From contig CAYPSS010000002.1 in the NCBI GenBank assembly GCA_964413735.1, positions 80,261 through 144,260 of the forward strand: a stretch of DNA of 64,000 nucleotides, written 5' to 3'. Each line of letters begins with the position of its first letter. Within the stretch, counting starts at the first letter, position 1. The notes under the pieces are model-generated. The model was not told where the DNA came from, ran no database searches, and was given only the letters and a program-made list of their open reading frames with translations. The position numbers were made by a program, and so were the translations under genes. The stretch is from an uncultured Gammaproteobacteria bacterium. Its GTDB lineage: Bacteria; Patescibacteriota; Patescibacteriia; UBA11705. Below, piece by piece: positions 61,525 to 64,000 of the stretch.

Positions 61525-62500
61525 ATTTTTTAATTAAATCTTGCAAATTCTTAGCAATATTTATTCCAACCGGACAAACTTTAAAACAACGCATACAACT
61601 GACACACCCGGGGAAATTAAATTCCTCGGGAATTCGAACAAATTTATGATAATACCAAAAATAAATTTTCTTTTTTATCGTATCAAGCGGTTCATGACCA
61701 CCGGCCATTTCGGAAAAATCATTATAAAAGCATGAAGACCATTGCCTTTGACGAACAATCTTATCTTTTTGCGGAATATCAATTGTATCAAAACAAAAAC
61801 AAGTAGGACAAGCCATAGTACAACGACCGCAAGCAATGCATTTGGCATTCAATTCATCCCAAATTTCTTTGGAAAAACTATCTTTTACCCGTTGATAAAA
61901 ATCTCTTAACCTTAACGGTTGGCCCTTTTCCGGCACATAACCCACAAATTCAATATGCTCATAATCCAAAATATTATTATCTTCCAAAATATTTTGGCCC
62001 TTTTCCGACCCGGAGAAAACATTAAACTTACCGTTTTTTTGTCGTTCTATGAAAATATCAAAACTCCGATGTTCCAAAATATCTTCTTCAAATTTCTCAT
62101 GCCAAATTTTATATTTACGAAAATCATTCTCAATCCCATTACTGTAACCCACAACCAATAAATTACGACGGCGACGCAAATAGTATGAATCTTTGGCAAA
62201 AACTTGCTCAAACAAACTAAATGCTTCCAAATCCATAATATTCATACCCCAAGCTGTTATCAACTGATTTCCTTGAATAATTTCTTTTGCTTTACCCTGA
62301 TTATCAAATTCAACCAAATTTTCACGAACAGGTAAAAATAAATTTTTAAATGTATTTTCCGGCACCACACCGGACCAATCGATTTTCTGCAAATTATCCA
62401 CCGCAGAAACTAAAAGCCGGCCATTGTTTTTAACCGGTGCATAAATAATTGATTTCTCAAACAAATTATCTAATAGATTTTTTAATTCTACTTGTTTCAT
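61511..62500 (-). CDS. sulfhydrogenase beta subunit (4Fe-4S dicluster)
   Basis: CIACGRCTMACPTCFC, R.W.SC, CVSCMRCFKVCPVGI. Confidence 0.92.
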   Translation of the reverse strand: MKQVELKNLLDNLFEKSIIYAPVKNNGRLLVSAVDNLQKIDWSGVVPENTFKNLFLPVRENLVEFDNQGKAKEIIQGNQLITAWGMNIMDLEAFSLFEQVFAKDSYYLRRRRNLLVVGYSNGIENDFRKYKIWHEKFEEDILEHRSFDIFIERQKNGKFNVFSGSEKGQNILEDNNILDYEHIEFVGYVPEKGQPLRLRDFYQRVKDSFSKEIWDELNAKCIACGRCTMACPTCFCFDTIDIPQKDKIVRQRQWSSCFYNDFSEMAGGHEPLDTIKKKIYFWYYHKFVRIPEEFNFPGCVSCMRCFKVCPVGINIAKNLQDLIKKYEKK

Positions 62501-62571
62501 ACCTTCCCATTATACAAAATTTCTCCTGTTGTGTAAACAAAAAACAAGCTGTTCCCAGCCTGTTTTTGTAT

Positions 62572-62685
62572 TTAAGCTTTTTTTCTCATTTTTCTAGCTC
62601 GCTTCAAAATGGTCTTTGACTTGCGATCCTTTTTTACCGGATTAAGAAACTTACTTTTGCGATCAGTTGGTCGAACTTTTTTCAT
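62572..62685 (-). CDS. 37-aa highly basic small protein (not in ORF track)
   Basis: MKKVRPTDRKSKFLNPVKKDRKSKTILKRARKMRKKA, followed by a terminator-like hairpin at 62540-62567. Confidence 0.6.
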   Translation of the reverse strand: MKKVRPTDRKSKFLNPVKKDRKSKTILKRARKMRKKA

Positions 62686-62870
62686 ATTGGAATATTAAAA
62701 ATTATAAACAAATAATATCATCAAAAGTAATAATAGTCAAGCCTTGGTTTCATTTACATAATAAAGAAAAAAATAATCTTATTCAACAACCTATATAATT
62801 ATACAACTATTTAAAAATACCGCAACGAAAATAAACAAAAACCCGAGCATTTTCGGGTTATACACAAAAT

Positions 62871-63329
62871 TCAATCAATCATTGGTTTTCCGAATTGCGA
62901 CTGGCATTCAACCGAATAAGGCACCCAAAAACTTAATTTCATTTCTTGTCGATTCTCACTTCTTTTTTTGAATATTCTTTTTATTTTATGAAGATTAGCA
63001 TCCACCAAGCATTTTCGACAATTTGGATCAAGATTGACAATATCAATTTCAATTCGAACATCAGTCGCTAAACACTCCGATTTTTCACTACACCATCCAC
63101 CGCTGCAACTTCTAGCCGTAAAATAAACAGCACAATATTCTTCAGCTCTTGCTTTAGCTATAGCTTCCATACAAATATATACTTTTTTCGAGAAAGTTTT
63201 TATTTCACCTGGCACACAATAATCAGATGAATCATTGGTAATTTTTTGTTTTTTTTCTGAAGGAACAATGACCGTGGCACACGATACAAAAGCCACTAAA
63301 CAACAAAGGAAAAAAGCTACACGAGACAT
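62871..63329 (-). CDS. Cys-rich putative lipoprotein, paralog of 63442-63900
   Basis: GGAGG SD before MSRVAFF; lipobox-like FVSC; shared EEYC, CxxC, EMKxSFWVP. Confidence 0.75.
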   Translation of the reverse strand: MSRVAFFLCCLVAFVSCATVIVPSEKKQKITNDSSDYCVPGEIKTFSKKVYICMEAIAKARAEEYCAVYFTARSCSGGWCSEKSECLATDVRIEIDIVNLDPNCRKCLVDANLHKIKRIFKKRSENRQEMKLSFWVPYSVECQSQFGKPMID

Positions 63330-63441
63330 TCGCACCCTCCGATGAGAGTCCAAGTTAATTGTATTCTTTTATATCAAAAACAACAATTACTTTTCCACAA
63401 GCAAAAACCCGAGCATTGTCGGGTTATAATAAATTTATTTT

Positions 63442-63900
63442 TCACTTGTTCACCTTTTCCAATCCCCAATACTGATCCTGACACTGTTTTTTAATCAATG
63501 GCACCCAAAAACTCATTTTCATTTCACGACCCAAATAATGCATTTTGTTTAGCATTAAAAATAACAACATTTGGTCTTGCTGATCCAAACAATCAGGGCA
63601 AGGAGGTTCCCAAGAAACAATTATCGGACGCTGACGTGTCAACTTCAAAGCACAAGTAAAAATCGGAAAACATTGATCACCCAAACAACTTTGTTTCACT
63701 GATAAAATCTCACAATACTCTTCATTAATCATTTTTCCCAAAACAACCATGCAAAAACACTCGTGATCATTGATTTTCTTTGTTTCTCCTAATTCACACA
63801 ACAAATCAAGATGCTCCGGCTGTGATGTTTTCTTGTCCAAAACATCGGTAGACGCACAACCGAAAATGATTACCCCAAAAACTATAATAATCCGAGTCAT
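63442..63900 (-). CDS. Cys-rich putative lipoprotein, paralog of 62871-63329
   Basis: GGGGAGGG SD; lipobox-like IFGC; EEYC, CPDC, EMKMSFWVP. Confidence 0.75.
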   Translation of the reverse strand: MTRIIIVFGVIIFGCASTDVLDKKTSQPEHLDLLCELGETKKINDHECFCMVVLGKMINEEYCEILSVKQSCLGDQCFPIFTCALKLTRQRPIIVSWEPPCPDCLDQQDQMLLFLMLNKMHYLGREMKMSFWVPLIKKQCQDQYWGLEKVNK

Positions 63901-64000
63901 TTTTCCCTCCCCGGATTACAAGGCTAAGATAATAATATTATATCTTAATCAATAATTATCGTAAAATCCTTATTTTTTTATTCGTATTCGTAAACTGTTC

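Overview
AT-rich (about one-third GC by eye), gene-dense bacterial chromosome segment, mostly encoded on the minus strand. Gene content and style point to a Patescibacteria/CPR (Parcubacteria-like) organism; this is an inference from the SD-less AT-rich leaders, tandem gpmI paralogs, a single UvrD/PD-(D/E)XK fusion and a group 3b-like NiFe hydrogenase. Housekeeping content: clpB 5' end with a CIRCE operator, gltX, serS, lysS, proS, metG, greA, mreBCD-mrdA, ftsQ-like, a full F1Fo ATP synthase operon, tatD, rsmI, mltG, uppP, mutM, lower glycolysis (pgk, eno, two gpmI), a four-subunit sulfhydrogenase-type NiFe hydrogenase, hypA and tRNA-Gly(CCC). Most notable features: (1) a second class of about a dozen stand-alone orphan genes that carry strong GGAGG-type Shine-Dalgarno sites, mostly with their own TTGACA promoters and terminators, unlike the housekeeping genes; the extreme case is a ~60-65% GC orphan at 2887-4002; (2) a free-standing, highly structured ~250-nt transcript with a perfect sigma70 promoter and terminator at 39622-39908; (3) a hydrogenase operon in which every subunit gene alternates with an unrelated membrane or secreted protein gene; (4) a translin/TRAX (C3PO)-like nuclease and a TagA-NUDIX fusion. 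No CRISPR array, rRNA, integrase or transposase was seen.
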